The notes beneath the pieces were generated by a model, which was not told the DNA's origin, did not search any database, and worked only from the letters and a program-made list of their open reading frames with translations. The translations under genes were made by a program, and so were the position numbers. A stretch of DNA of 45,861 nt, taken from assembly GCA_963752595.1 (NCBI GenBank), contig CAVVYZ010000012.1, positions 1 through 45,861 on the forward strand, read 5' to 3'. Origin of the DNA: an uncultured delta proteobacterium (GTDB lineage Bacteria; Desulfobacterota; Desulfomonilia; UBA1062). How positions within the stretch are numbered: the first letter of the stretch is position 1; every line of letters starts with the position of its first letter. Shown here one piece after another: positions 22,101-31,052 of the stretch.

Positions 22101-23282
22101 ATGAGAAGGCTTACTGGGGAAATATTTACACTAGGTGTACTCTACCTCCTATGCATCCCGGGGGTTGTCCTCGCGTCGTCTTTGCAGATTTCCTGGAATC
22201 CCAATACCGAAACCGATCTGAGCGGGTATAAGATTTATTACGGAAACGCCTCGGGAGTGTATACTTCTTACATAAATGTCCGGAACAATACCTCTGTGGC
22301 CATCGGCGGGTTTTTCGAAGGAAGGACGTATTACATCGCCGTCACCGCCTATGACTACTCCGGCAACGAGAGCGGCTATTCCCAGGAGGTCAGCGTCTCC
22401 ATCCCGGAAGGCCGGCCGGGGATTCTCAACACGATTTTCAGCTGGGCTGCAAATCTGCTCAGCGGGTGGCAGGGAATCGGATCTCAGCTTTCCCAATATA
22501 ACCTGAAGGATTTTTCCACGTCGAATCAGCAGGAGATCGAGTATCTGCTCAGCATGGTGTGGGTTAGTGAGTCGTCGGTGGTTCCCGGTACGGATCAGCT
22601 GGTTGTAGACCAGTCGGGATACATGGTCCGGGATATCATTGCCGAGGTCGGCATACCCCTGGATCTCGCGTCTGTCTATCCGGATGGGACATATTTCTTC
22701 CTCCCTATCACCGAGGCAGCATCAGGCGTTCAGGACAATACGTTTTTCTCATGGGAGCCCGGTGCGTATCTTTTTATGGTTGCAGACTCTTCAGGCGAGC
22801 TCCTGCACATCCTCAGGGTGTCCGCGCTTGAAAATTTGAGCGTTGGAGGTGAATATGAGGGCGGGGTAGAGTTCTTCATCGAAGACCCGGACCTCGGCAT
22901 CACCCTCGCACTGTCTCCCAATGCCATCTGGGGCAATGTCCCCATCGGCATCGGGATGGGCTTCTCCGAAGGGAACCCGGCCAGCGCACTCTTCTGGAAC
23001 AACGGAGGCGCCATAGAATTCACCATCGCCCCCTACGGCCTTATCCTCTCGGAGCCTGCTGAGGTTGGATTGGTATTCAGCGGCTCCTCTCCTTCAGTCG
23101 AATACTATGATGAAACCGAGAAAGCCTGGGTGCCCATCCAGGATGTGCGCGAAGAAGATGGAATGGTAATCTTTTCCACCCAGGCCCTGGGTCGGTTTAA
23201 GGTGTATTCTGCAGCGCAGGGCGAGGGCTCCTACGATTCACAAGGCGGAGGCGGATGCTTCATCTCCACCTGCGCCGGATAG
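22101..23282 (+). CDS. Secreted fibronectin type III domain protein with C-terminal GGGGCFIST (CFI-box-like) tail
   Basis: Signal peptide; FN3 ISWNPNTETDLSGYKIYYG...TYYIAVTAYDYSGNES; ends SQGGGGCFISTCAG*. Confidence 0.8.
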   Translation: MRRLTGEIFTLGVLYLLCIPGVVLASSLQISWNPNTETDLSGYKIYYGNASGVYTSYINVRNNTSVAIGGFFEGRTYYIAVTAYDYSGNESGYSQEVSVSIPEGRPGILNTIFSWAANLLSGWQGIGSQLSQYNLKDFSTSNQQEIEYLLSMVWVSESSVVPGTDQLVVDQSGYMVRDIIAEVGIPLDLASVYPDGTYFFLPITEAASGVQDNTFFSWEPGAYLFMVADSSGELLHILRVSALENLSVGGEYEGGVEFFIEDPDLGITLALSPNAIWGNVPIGIGMGFSEGNPASALFWNNGGAIEFTIAPYGLILSEPAEVGLVFSGSSPSVEYYDETEKAWVPIQDVREEDGMVIFSTQALGRFKVYSAAQGEGSYDSQGGGGCFISTCAG

Positions 23283-23430
23283 CAAAGAATCAAATCCCAA
23301 GCTCCCAAGCCCTCCGACACGTTCATCAAAGCCCCAATCATCTCCATAACAAAGGAGCAAAAGCACGCAGCACGAATTTCACTCCAACTCTTGCAAACAT
23401 GAAAGACCTCTGCTAATACTTCGCAATATT

Positions 23431-23518
23431 GCCGGAGTGGTGGAACTGGTAGACGCGTCGGACTCAAAATCCGAAGAGCCTTGCGCTTGTGGGGGTTCGA
23501 GTCCCCCCTCCGGCACCA
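23431..23518 (+). tRNA. tRNA-Leu(CAA)
   Basis: GCCGGAG/CTCCGGC acceptor stem, D loop with TGGTAGAC, anticodon arm TCGGA-CT-CAA-AA-TCCGA, long variable arm, GGTTCGAGTCC T arm and encoded CCA. Confidence 0.97.
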
Positions 23519-23579
23519 TGAATTCAATGACTTACAAGGCGCAGGTGCCGATTACTAACGTTCTTTTTTTCTGATTGCG

Positions 23580-24002
23580 GAAATAAAGCACGGGTTTATT
23601 AAGGCCTGCTACAATCCAGTAGAGGACCTGGTGAAGATGCCGAACAAGGCCGCATTTGTGAACTTGGAAGAGTATTACAGTACCCTCTATCATGAGCTGA
23701 CTCACGCTGCAGGCGCACTATCCAGACTCAATCGAGAAACCCTTTCAACACCGGCGACTTTCGGATCGAAGAGCTACGCCCGAGAAGAGCTTATAGCTGA
23801 GAAGGGAGCAGCTTACCTGTGCACGATCACCGGCATTGCCCACGCCACAATTGAGAATTCAGCGGCATATATCCAGGGATGGAGGGACACGATCAGCAAG
23901 GACTCAAGACTTGTCGTCCTGGCCGCAGCACAGGCCCAGAAAGCAGTCAACCACATCATCGGCCAGCAAGAAGGTGATGATCACGAGGAAGAGCAGGGGT
24001 AA
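23580..24002 (+). pseudogene. C-terminal zincin metallopeptidase half of an ArdC-like antirestriction/polyvalent protein
   Basis: ACYNPVEDLVKMP...F...YYSTLYHELTH...RLNR...FGSKSYAREELIAE...ENSAAYIQGW...AAAQAQKAV; the N-terminal ssDNA-binding domain is missing. Confidence 0.8.
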
Positions 24003-24020
24003 TATCACGCCCCTTAAGGC

Positions 24021-24046
24021 CGCCGGGCTTCGCCCGGCCTGTTTTT
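24021..24046 (+). terminator. Probable intrinsic terminator
   Basis: GCCGGG-CTTCG-CCCGGC hairpin followed by TGTTTTT. Confidence 0.55.
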
Positions 24047-24258
24047 CAAAGCTAATACGGAAACTGTCACATATACGTCAGGTACATTCTCTTCGCAGGA
24101 TTTTGGGAACTTTATGCCACTGGTTGCTATTTTTGTGGTACAATAGAAATAATTAAAAATGACAATGGATTGAAATGAAGAGGAGATGGGGAGCCCTCAA
24201 AATCAGTAAACTGATGAAACATCCCTCTTTCCCTAACTCAATTTGAAGGTAAGATGTT

Positions 24259-25242
24259 ATGCTTTATGGGAAAACAACTTATACTGAAGAACCATTTGAA
24301 CTTGAGAAAGAATTAGAAGAATCCATAATTGAAGTTGCCGGAGAGCTGTTCGGCAGGAATCGCATCTACCTGGATGTCAAAAAGAAAATCGGTGCAAAGG
24401 GTAAGGTTAACAACATACCCGATGGTTATCTTATTGATCTATCAAGCACTAAAGAGCCGAAATTGTATGTGGTTGAGGTTGAGCTTGCGAAACATGACCC
24501 GCTTAAACATGTATCCGTTCAGGTTCTTGAGTTTTCGTTATCTTTTGAAACAGCCCCTATTCTTGTTAAAAACATTCTGAAAGAATCTTTATTGTCGGAT
24601 AATACTGCTGTATCAAGATGCCAGAAATACGTGCAGGAAAATGGATATGATAATATAGACGTCCTCCTGGAAAAGATAATTTATGGCTCAGGTAAATTTA
24701 ATGCCTTGGTAATTATAGATGGATTATTACCCGAGCTTGAAACTGTCCTAATAAGCCGGTTCAAATTTCCAGTAGAGATATTGACCATTGAGCGATACCG
24801 ATCAAAATCAGGAGAAAGGCTCTATCGCTTCCAGCCTTTCTTAAATGACCTTACATCAACGGAAGAATCCAAGCTACCTCCGCTCGATCCATCAGAAATA
24901 GACACAATCGTTGTCCCTGCAAAGGAAGATGGTTTCAATGAAGTATTCATAGGACAGAATCGTTGGTATTCAATACGAATTCACGCAAGCATGATCCCCA
25001 AAATAAAATACATAGCAGTATATCGTGTTGCGCCTGAATCAGCCATAACCCATATAGCTAAGGTTGCATCTATCGATCTATGGGAGGACACAAACAAGTA
25101 TGTGGTGAATTTCGCATCTCCAGCAGAAGAAATAAAACCGATCAAACTCATAGCCAAGAGTAAAGTAAAGGCCCCTCAGGCTCCTCGGTATACTTCTAAG
25201 GATAGAATTGATTCAGCAAAGAATCTTGATGAGGTTTTTTAA
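24259..25242 (+). CDS. Putative PD-(D/E)XK-like nuclease fused to a C-terminal nucleic-acid-reader domain
   Basis: N-terminal ELEKELE...IPDGYLID...YVVEVELAKH...HVSVQ; separate C-terminal domain DTIVVPAKEDGFNEVFIGQNRWYSIRI...KYIAVYRVAPESAITHIA; AT-rich DNA. Confidence 0.55.
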   Translation: MLYGKTTYTEEPFELEKELEESIIEVAGELFGRNRIYLDVKKKIGAKGKVNNIPDGYLIDLSSTKEPKLYVVEVELAKHDPLKHVSVQVLEFSLSFETAPILVKNILKESLLSDNTAVSRCQKYVQENGYDNIDVLLEKIIYGSGKFNALVIIDGLLPELETVLISRFKFPVEILTIERYRSKSGERLYRFQPFLNDLTSTEESKLPPLDPSEIDTIVVPAKEDGFNEVFIGQNRWYSIRIHASMIPKIKYIAVYRVAPESAITHIAKVASIDLWEDTNKYVVNFASPAEEIKPIKLIAKSKVKAPQAPRYTSKDRIDSAKNLDEVF

Positions 25243-25280
25243 ATATAAGAATTGGTTTAAAATTAGAGAATGAGCCGGAA

Positions 25281-26783
25281 ATGACCAACGGTACGACTAC
25301 CCTTAACCAACTTGAATCCCATCTCTGGGAAGCCGCCAATATCCTGCGCGGCCCGGTGGATGCCGCCGACTTCAAGACCTACGTCTTCCCGCTGCTCTTC
25401 TTCAAGCGCATCTCGGATGTGCATGACGAGGAATACGCGGCCGCGCTGGCGGAATCCGGCGGCGACGAGGAATACGCCCAGTTCCCGCAGAACTACCGCT
25501 TCCAGATTCCCGGAGGGCTGCCACTGGAGCGATGTGCGCGCGGTCACGACCAACGTCGGCCAGGCGCTGCAGAAGGCCATGCGCGGCATCGAGAAGGCGA
25601 ACCCGGAAACGCTCTACGGCATCTTCGGCGATGCGCAGTGGACCAACAAGGACCGCCTGCCCGATTCGCTGCTCCGCGACCTCATCGAGCACTTCTCGCG
25701 CATCAACCTCGGCAACCAGGCGGCGCAGGCGGACATCCTCGGCCAGTCCTACGAATACCTGATCAAGAAGTTCGCCGACCCACGAACAAGAAGGCGGGCG
25801 AGTTCTACACCCCGCGCTCGGTCGTGCGGCTGATGGTCAACATCCTCGACCCCAGGGAAGGCGAGTCCATCTACGATCCCGCCTGCGGCACCGGCGGCAT
25901 GCTGCTGGAGGCCATCCACCATGTCCGCGAGAACCACGGCGACGACCGCACGCTCTGGGGCAAGCTCTTCGGCGCAGGAGAAGAACCTCACCACCTCCGC
26001 CATCGCCCGGATGAACCTCTTCCTGCACGGCGCGTCGGATTTCCAGGTCGTGCGCGGCGACACGCTGCGCCAGCCGGCGTTCTTCTCCGGCGACAACCTC
26101 GCCACCTTCGACTGCGTCATCGCCAATCCGCCCTTCTCGCTGGAGAAGTGGGGCGACGAGGTCTGGACCAGCGATCCCTACGGCCGCAACTTCGCCGGCA
26201 TGCCGCCGGCCAAGAGCGGCGACTACGCCTGGGTGCAGCACATGATCAAGTCCATGGCGCCCGACGACCGGCCGCATGGCCGTGGTGCTGCCGCACGGCG
26301 CGCTCTTCCGCATGGGCAAGGAAGGCGAGATCCGGCAGAAGATCCTCGGCATGGACCTGCTCGAAGCCGTCATCGGCCTCGGGCCGAACCTCTTCTACGG
26401 CACCGGCCTGGCCGCCTGCATCCTCGTCTTCCGCCAGCGCAAGGCGAAGGACCGGAAGAACAAGGTGCTCATCCTCGACGCCTCGAAGGAGTTCAAGACC
26501 GGCCGGGCCCAGAACGAACTGCTGCCCGAGCACGTCGAGCGCATCTACGGCTGGTATCGCGACTACAAGGACGTGGAAGGCGTCGCCCGCGTGGTCACGC
26601 TGGACGAGATCGCCGCCAACGACCACAACCTGAACATCCCGCGCTACGTCGAGCCGAAGATCGAGCAGGAAGTGCTCACGGTGGAGGAGGCGATGAAGCG
26701 GCTGCAGGAGAGCGCCGAGGCGGCCTTTGCGGCGGAGGAGAAGCTCGATCGCCATCCTCAAGCGGGAGGGTCTGCTGATATGA
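25281..26783 (+). CDS. hsdM: Type I R-M methyltransferase subunit M1 (NPPF; predicted m6A), frameshifted by indels
   Basis: LESHLWEAANILRG, GEFYTPRSVV, IYDPACGTGGML, IANPPF at 26125-26136; the true stop ...AILKREGLLI* overlaps the M2 start (ATGA). Confidence 0.92.
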
Positions 26784-28279
26784 CCGCCCGCATCACCCAG
26801 CAGCAGCTCGAATCCTACCTCTGGGGCGCGGCCGCGCTCCTGCGCGGGACCATCGACGCCGGCGACTACAAGCAGTTCATCTTCCCGCTGCTGTTCTACA
26901 AGCGGCTGTGCGATGTCTTCGACGAGGAGACGCAGACCGCGCTGGCGGAGTCCGGCGGCGACGACGAGTTCGCCGCCTACCCGGAGAACCACCGCTTCCA
27001 GATCCCGCCCGAGGCCCACTGGCGCGAGGTGCGGCAGGCCGCCAAGAACGTCGGCCAGGCGCTGCAGTCCGCCATGCGCGCCATCGAGACCGCCAACCCC
27101 GACAAGCTCTACGGCATCTTCGGCGACGCCCAGTGGACCAACAAGGACCGCCTCTCCGACGCCATGCTGCGCGACCTGGTCGAGCACTTCAGCACGCTCG
27201 AACTCACCGTCGCCAACCTGCCCGAGGACGAGCTGGGCCAGGGCTACGAATACCTGATCAAGAAGTTCGCCGACGACTCCGGCCACACCGCCGCCGAGTT
27301 CTACACCAACCGCACCGTCGTCCACCTGATGACCGAGATGCTCGAGCCGCAGCCGGGCGAGTCCATCTACGACCCCACCTGCGGCTCCGGCGGCATGCTG
27401 CTCTCCTGCATCGCCCACCTGCGCCGGCAGGGCAAGGAGTGGCGCAACGTCCGGCTCTACGGCCAGGAGCGCAACCTCATGACCTCCTCCATCGCCCGGA
27501 TGAACTGCTTCCTCCACGGCATCGAGGACTTCCGCATCGAGCGCGGCGACACCCTGGCCGAGCCGAAGTTCGTCCAGGGCGACCGCCTCATGCGCTTCGA
27601 CGTGGTGCTGGCCAATCCGCCCTATTCCATCAAGCAGTGGGACCGCGACGCCTTCGCCTCCGACCCCTGGGGGCGCAACCTCTACGGCACCCCGCCGCAG
27701 GGCCGGGCCGACTACGCCTTCTGGCAGCACATCCTGTGCAGCCTCGCGCCCAAGACCGGCCGCTGCGCCATCCTCTTCCCGCACGGCGTCCTCTTCCGCC
27801 AGGAGGAGGCGGAGATGCGGCGCAAGCTCATCGAAGCCGACCTGATCGAGTGCGTCCTCGGCCTCGGGCCGAACCTCTTCTACAACTCGCCGATGGAAGC
27901 CTGCGTCGTCATCTGCCGCACGGCCAAGCCCAAGGCGCGCAGGGGCAAGATCCTCTTCATCAACGCCGTGAACGAAGTCACCCGCGAACGCGCCCAGAGC
28001 TTCCTCACCGACGACCACATCGAGCGCATCGTCGACGCCTACCGAGACGTTCAAGGACGAGCCCGGCTTCACCCGCGTGGCCACGCTGGAGGAGATCCGC
28101 GCCAAGGACGGCAACCTGAGCATTCCGCTGTATGTTTCGCCCTGCTGAACCTCAAGGCGTGATGGAAAACGACAGCGGCCAACGGCGGACCTGCGTTGGA
28201 TCGAGTGCTCTCCGACTGGCTGGAAAGCTCGCGCCTCGTGCGGCAGTCATTGGCTGCCATCCTGAAGGAGCACCCATGA
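26780..28279 (+). CDS. hsdM: Type I R-M methyltransferase subunit M2 (NPPY; predicted m4C)
   Basis: MTARITQQQLESYLWGAAALLRG, AEFYTNRTVV, IYDPTCGSGGML, LANPPY at 27614-27625; C-terminus after indels ends ...AAILKEHP* with an ATGA overlap. Confidence 0.92.
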
Positions 28280-29832
28280 CCGGGAAACGGCGCATCTTCA
28301 TAAGCTCGGTGCAGAAGGAGCTTGCTCCCGAGCGCCGTGCCGTGCGCGATTTCATCGCAGGTGACGCGCTCTTGCGCCGCTTCTTCGATGTGTTTCTATT
28401 CGAAGACCTCCCTGCTTCCGGCCGGAGGCCCGATGAGCTGTACCTGTCGGAGGTGGACCGCTGCGCCATCTATCTCGGCCTGTTCGGCAACGAGTACGGC
28501 TACGAGGATGCAGCCGGGATCTCGCCCACCGAGCGCGAGTTCGACCGCGCCACTGCCATGGGCAAGGAGCGGCTCATCTTTGTCAAAGGCAGTGACGACA
28601 AGGCCCGCCATCCGAAGATGCAGGCCCTGGTCGCCAAGGCGAGCGCCCAGCTCAACCGCCGCCGGTTCGGCAGCCTCCCGGAGCTGACCGCACTGGTCTA
28701 TGCCGGTATCGTCGATTATCTCGTCGCAGGCGGCGCCGTGCGTACCCGTCCTTTTGACGCCGCTGCCTGCCTTGATGCCACGATAGACGGCCTTTCTCCG
28801 GAAAAGCTGGCCGATTTCCTTGCTCGGGCACAGCACAGCCGCGGCTATGCCCTCGGCCCGGATACGCCCATGCACAAGGCGCTGGCACACCTGAACCTGT
28901 TAGAAGGGGACCACCCCAGCCACGCTGCCGTGCTTCTCTTCGGGAAGGAGCCCCAGCGTTTTCTCATCAGCTCGGAGGTGAAATGCCTCCACTTCCACGG
29001 TACCGAGGTCCGCAAACCCATCCCCTCCTACCAGGTCTACCGGGGCACGGTTTTCGAGCTGGTGGACCAGGCCGTGGACTTCGTCATGTCCAAGATCAAC
29101 CGGAGCGTGGGCACCCGCTCCGGAGGTCCGACGGCGCCGGTGACCTATGAAGTGCCCCGCGACGCCGTTGCCGAGGCCATCGTGAATGCCATTGCCCACC
29201 GGGACTATGCCTCCGATGCCTCGGTCCAGGTCATGCTTTTTGCCGACCGTCTCGAAGTCTGGAACCCGGGCCATCTGCCCCCCACGCTGACCCCAGAGGC
29301 GCTCCGGCATCCGCACGCCTCCATCCCCCGGAACCCGCTCCTGGCCGACCCGCTCTTCCTCACCCGCTACATCGAGAAGGCCGGCACCGGCACCCTCGAC
29401 ATGATCGCTCTGTGCCAAGAGGCGGGCCTGGCTTCGCCCGGCTTCCGGCAGGACCACGGCCAGTTTGTCCAGACCCTTATGCGTCCGCCTGCGGCAGCCG
29501 CACAAGTCGCTGCAGAGGTCCTTACCGACGATAAACACCTCTGGGACTTTGCACTGGCCGGCATTGCCCGGGCCTTCCCGGCCGCCACCGCACAAGTCAG
29601 CGCACAAGTCGCCGCACAAGTCGCGCTCTTCTGCCGCGAGCCGAGATCGGCGCGGGAGATCATGGATCACTTGGAGCTGAAGCACTGGAAGACCTTCCAG
29701 GGAAACTACCTCAACCCGCTGATACAGGGCGAGCTGCTGGAGCGCACCATCCCGGACAAGCCCACCAGCCGCCTCCAGAAATACCACCTCACCGTTCAAG
29801 GACGGACCTGGCTCGCCGGGGGGAAGCCATGA
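28276..29832 (+). CDS. DUF4062 (TIR/deoxyribosyltransferase-like) + HATPase_c_4 (RecG C-terminal-like) + C-terminal HTH protein
   Basis: RIFISSVQKELAPER...YLSEVDRCAIYLGLFGNEYG...SPTEREFDRA (DUF4062-like); EAIVNAIAHRDY...DRLEVWNPG...RNPLLA...IEKAGTG; C-terminal LERTIPDKPTSRLQKYHLT. Confidence 0.8.
   Translation: MTGKRRIFISSVQKELAPERRAVRDFIAGDALLRRFFDVFLFEDLPASGRRPDELYLSEVDRCAIYLGLFGNEYGYEDAAGISPTEREFDRATAMGKERLIFVKGSDDKARHPKMQALVAKASAQLNRRRFGSLPELTALVYAGIVDYLVAGGAVRTRPFDAAACLDATIDGLSPEKLADFLARAQHSRGYALGPDTPMHKALAHLNLLEGDHPSHAAVLLFGKEPQRFLISSEVKCLHFHGTEVRKPIPSYQVYRGTVFELVDQAVDFVMSKINRSVGTRSGGPTAPVTYEVPRDAVAEAIVNAIAHRDYASDASVQVMLFADRLEVWNPGHLPPTLTPEALRHPHASIPRNPLLADPLFLTRYIEKAGTGTLDMIALCQEAGLASPGFRQDHGQFVQTLMRPPAAAAQVAAEVLTDDKHLWDFALAGIARAFPAATAQVSAQVAAQVALFCREPRSAREIMDHLELKHWKTFQGNYLNPLIQGELLERTIPDKPTSRLQKYHLTVQGRTWLAGGKP
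29587..29622 (+). repeat. 3 x 12-bp in-frame tandem repeat (NNCGCACAAGTC)
   Basis: ACCGCACAAGTC AGCGCACAAGTC GCCGCACAAGTC encodes TAQV-SAQV-AAQV; a fourth copy lies near 29497. Confidence 0.8.
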
Positions 29833-31052
29833 ACGCCGTGCTCCATCAGCTTGGCAGCCTCCGGCCCAACCCTGACTGGGCCAGCCTCCCGATCTTTGAA
29901 CGCAAGGGCTGGAAGCGTCTACCGTTCGGCAAGTTCGCAGACAGCATCAATGAACGGGTTGATCCTGCAAATGCCGCGGAGGAAAGCTACGTGGGCCTGG
30001 ACGATCTCGATCCCGGCAGTCTGCATATCCGGCGCTGGGGCAAGGGCAGCGATGTCATCGGCATCAAGCTCCGCTTCCGGAAAGGAGACATCATTTTCGG
30101 ACGCCGGAGGGCCTACCAGCGAAAACTGGCCGTAGCAGAGTTCGACGGGATCTGCTCGGCCCATGCAATGGTAGTCAGGGCAAAGCCGGACATGGTGCTG
30201 CCGGAATTCCTGCCGTTCTTGATGATGAGCGATAAGTTCATGAATCGGGCTGTGGAGATCTCCGTAGGCTCTCTTTCACCCACTATCAACTGGACTACGT
30301 TGAAGCTCCAGGAGTTCGACCTCCCACCGATCGAGCAACAACGACGAATCGTAGAAGTTCTTTGGGCTACGGATGATGTCATCCATTATGAAAATCATTT
30401 ACTTTATTCATCACATACCGCCTACGAGACGAAGGCTAATGATTTTTTCTTTGGCCATGATCAGAAGCATAGCTTATTTAATCCAAAATGGAATACGGTG
30501 CGGTTACAGGATGTCAATGATCCCAATTCGCCAATCCGATATGGAATTGTTCAGGTAGGAGCGTATTGCAAGTCAGGTATCCCAACTGTTGCGATCAAGA
30601 ATCTATCTGGTAATTTCAAAGATGATCTACATTATACAGCGCCTGAAATAGAAGCGCAGTATTCAGGTAGCAGGGTTAAGCCTAAGGATTTGCTACTCTC
30701 AATAAAGGCTACAATCGGTGAAGTTGCAATCGTGCCTGAATATTTTGAGGGGAACATTAGCCGAGACATTGCCCGAATTAGATGCAACTCGTTTGTTGAT
30801 CCTCGATTATTTCTTCACTTATTTCGATCTAATCGTTACAAATCATATATTGACAAGTATGTTGTTGGATCTACACGGAAGGAAATATCCATTCATCATC
30901 TTCGGAAATTTGAGGTCCCAATCCCGCCACCTAAAGCAGTTCAATACTTCCTTGAGTCTGTTGAGGAAATTTTAAAAACTTTTTCATCGATATATGCTCA
31001 TTCTAGGGCATCAATAGAATTAAGAAACAGTATTATCGGAGGAGTATTCTAA
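29829..31052 (+). CDS. hsdS: Type I R-M specificity subunit
   Basis: Two TRDs, each followed by a conserved-region-like helix (LPPIEQQRRIV; VPIPP); KGDIIFGRRRAY in TRD1 and DLLLSIKATIGEVAIV in TRD2. Confidence 0.92.
   Translation: MNAVLHQLGSLRPNPDWASLPIFERKGWKRLPFGKFADSINERVDPANAAEESYVGLDDLDPGSLHIRRWGKGSDVIGIKLRFRKGDIIFGRRRAYQRKLAVAEFDGICSAHAMVVRAKPDMVLPEFLPFLMMSDKFMNRAVEISVGSLSPTINWTTLKLQEFDLPPIEQQRRIVEVLWATDDVIHYENHLLYSSHTAYETKANDFFFGHDQKHSLFNPKWNTVRLQDVNDPNSPIRYGIVQVGAYCKSGIPTVAIKNLSGNFKDDLHYTAPEIEAQYSGSRVKPKDLLLSIKATIGEVAIVPEYFEGNISRDIARIRCNSFVDPRLFLHLFRSNRYKSYIDKYVVGSTRKEISIHHLRKFEVPIPPPKAVQYFLESVEEILKTFSSIYAHSRASIELRNSIIGGVF

Noticed and set aside
26276-28162. 628-aa ORF that appears to fuse an HsdM C-terminus to a second complete HsdM
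   Set aside because: An extra base near 26746 shifts M1 into the M2 frame. The natural M1 end (AILKREGLLI*) with an ATGA overlap is visible at 26751-26783, so these are two genes.
29497-29622. 12-bp repeats as a CRISPR-like or contingency array
   Set aside because: They are in-frame, spacer-less repeats encoding a low-complexity xAQV linker typical of this protein family. No CRISPR array or cas gene was seen anywhere in the window.
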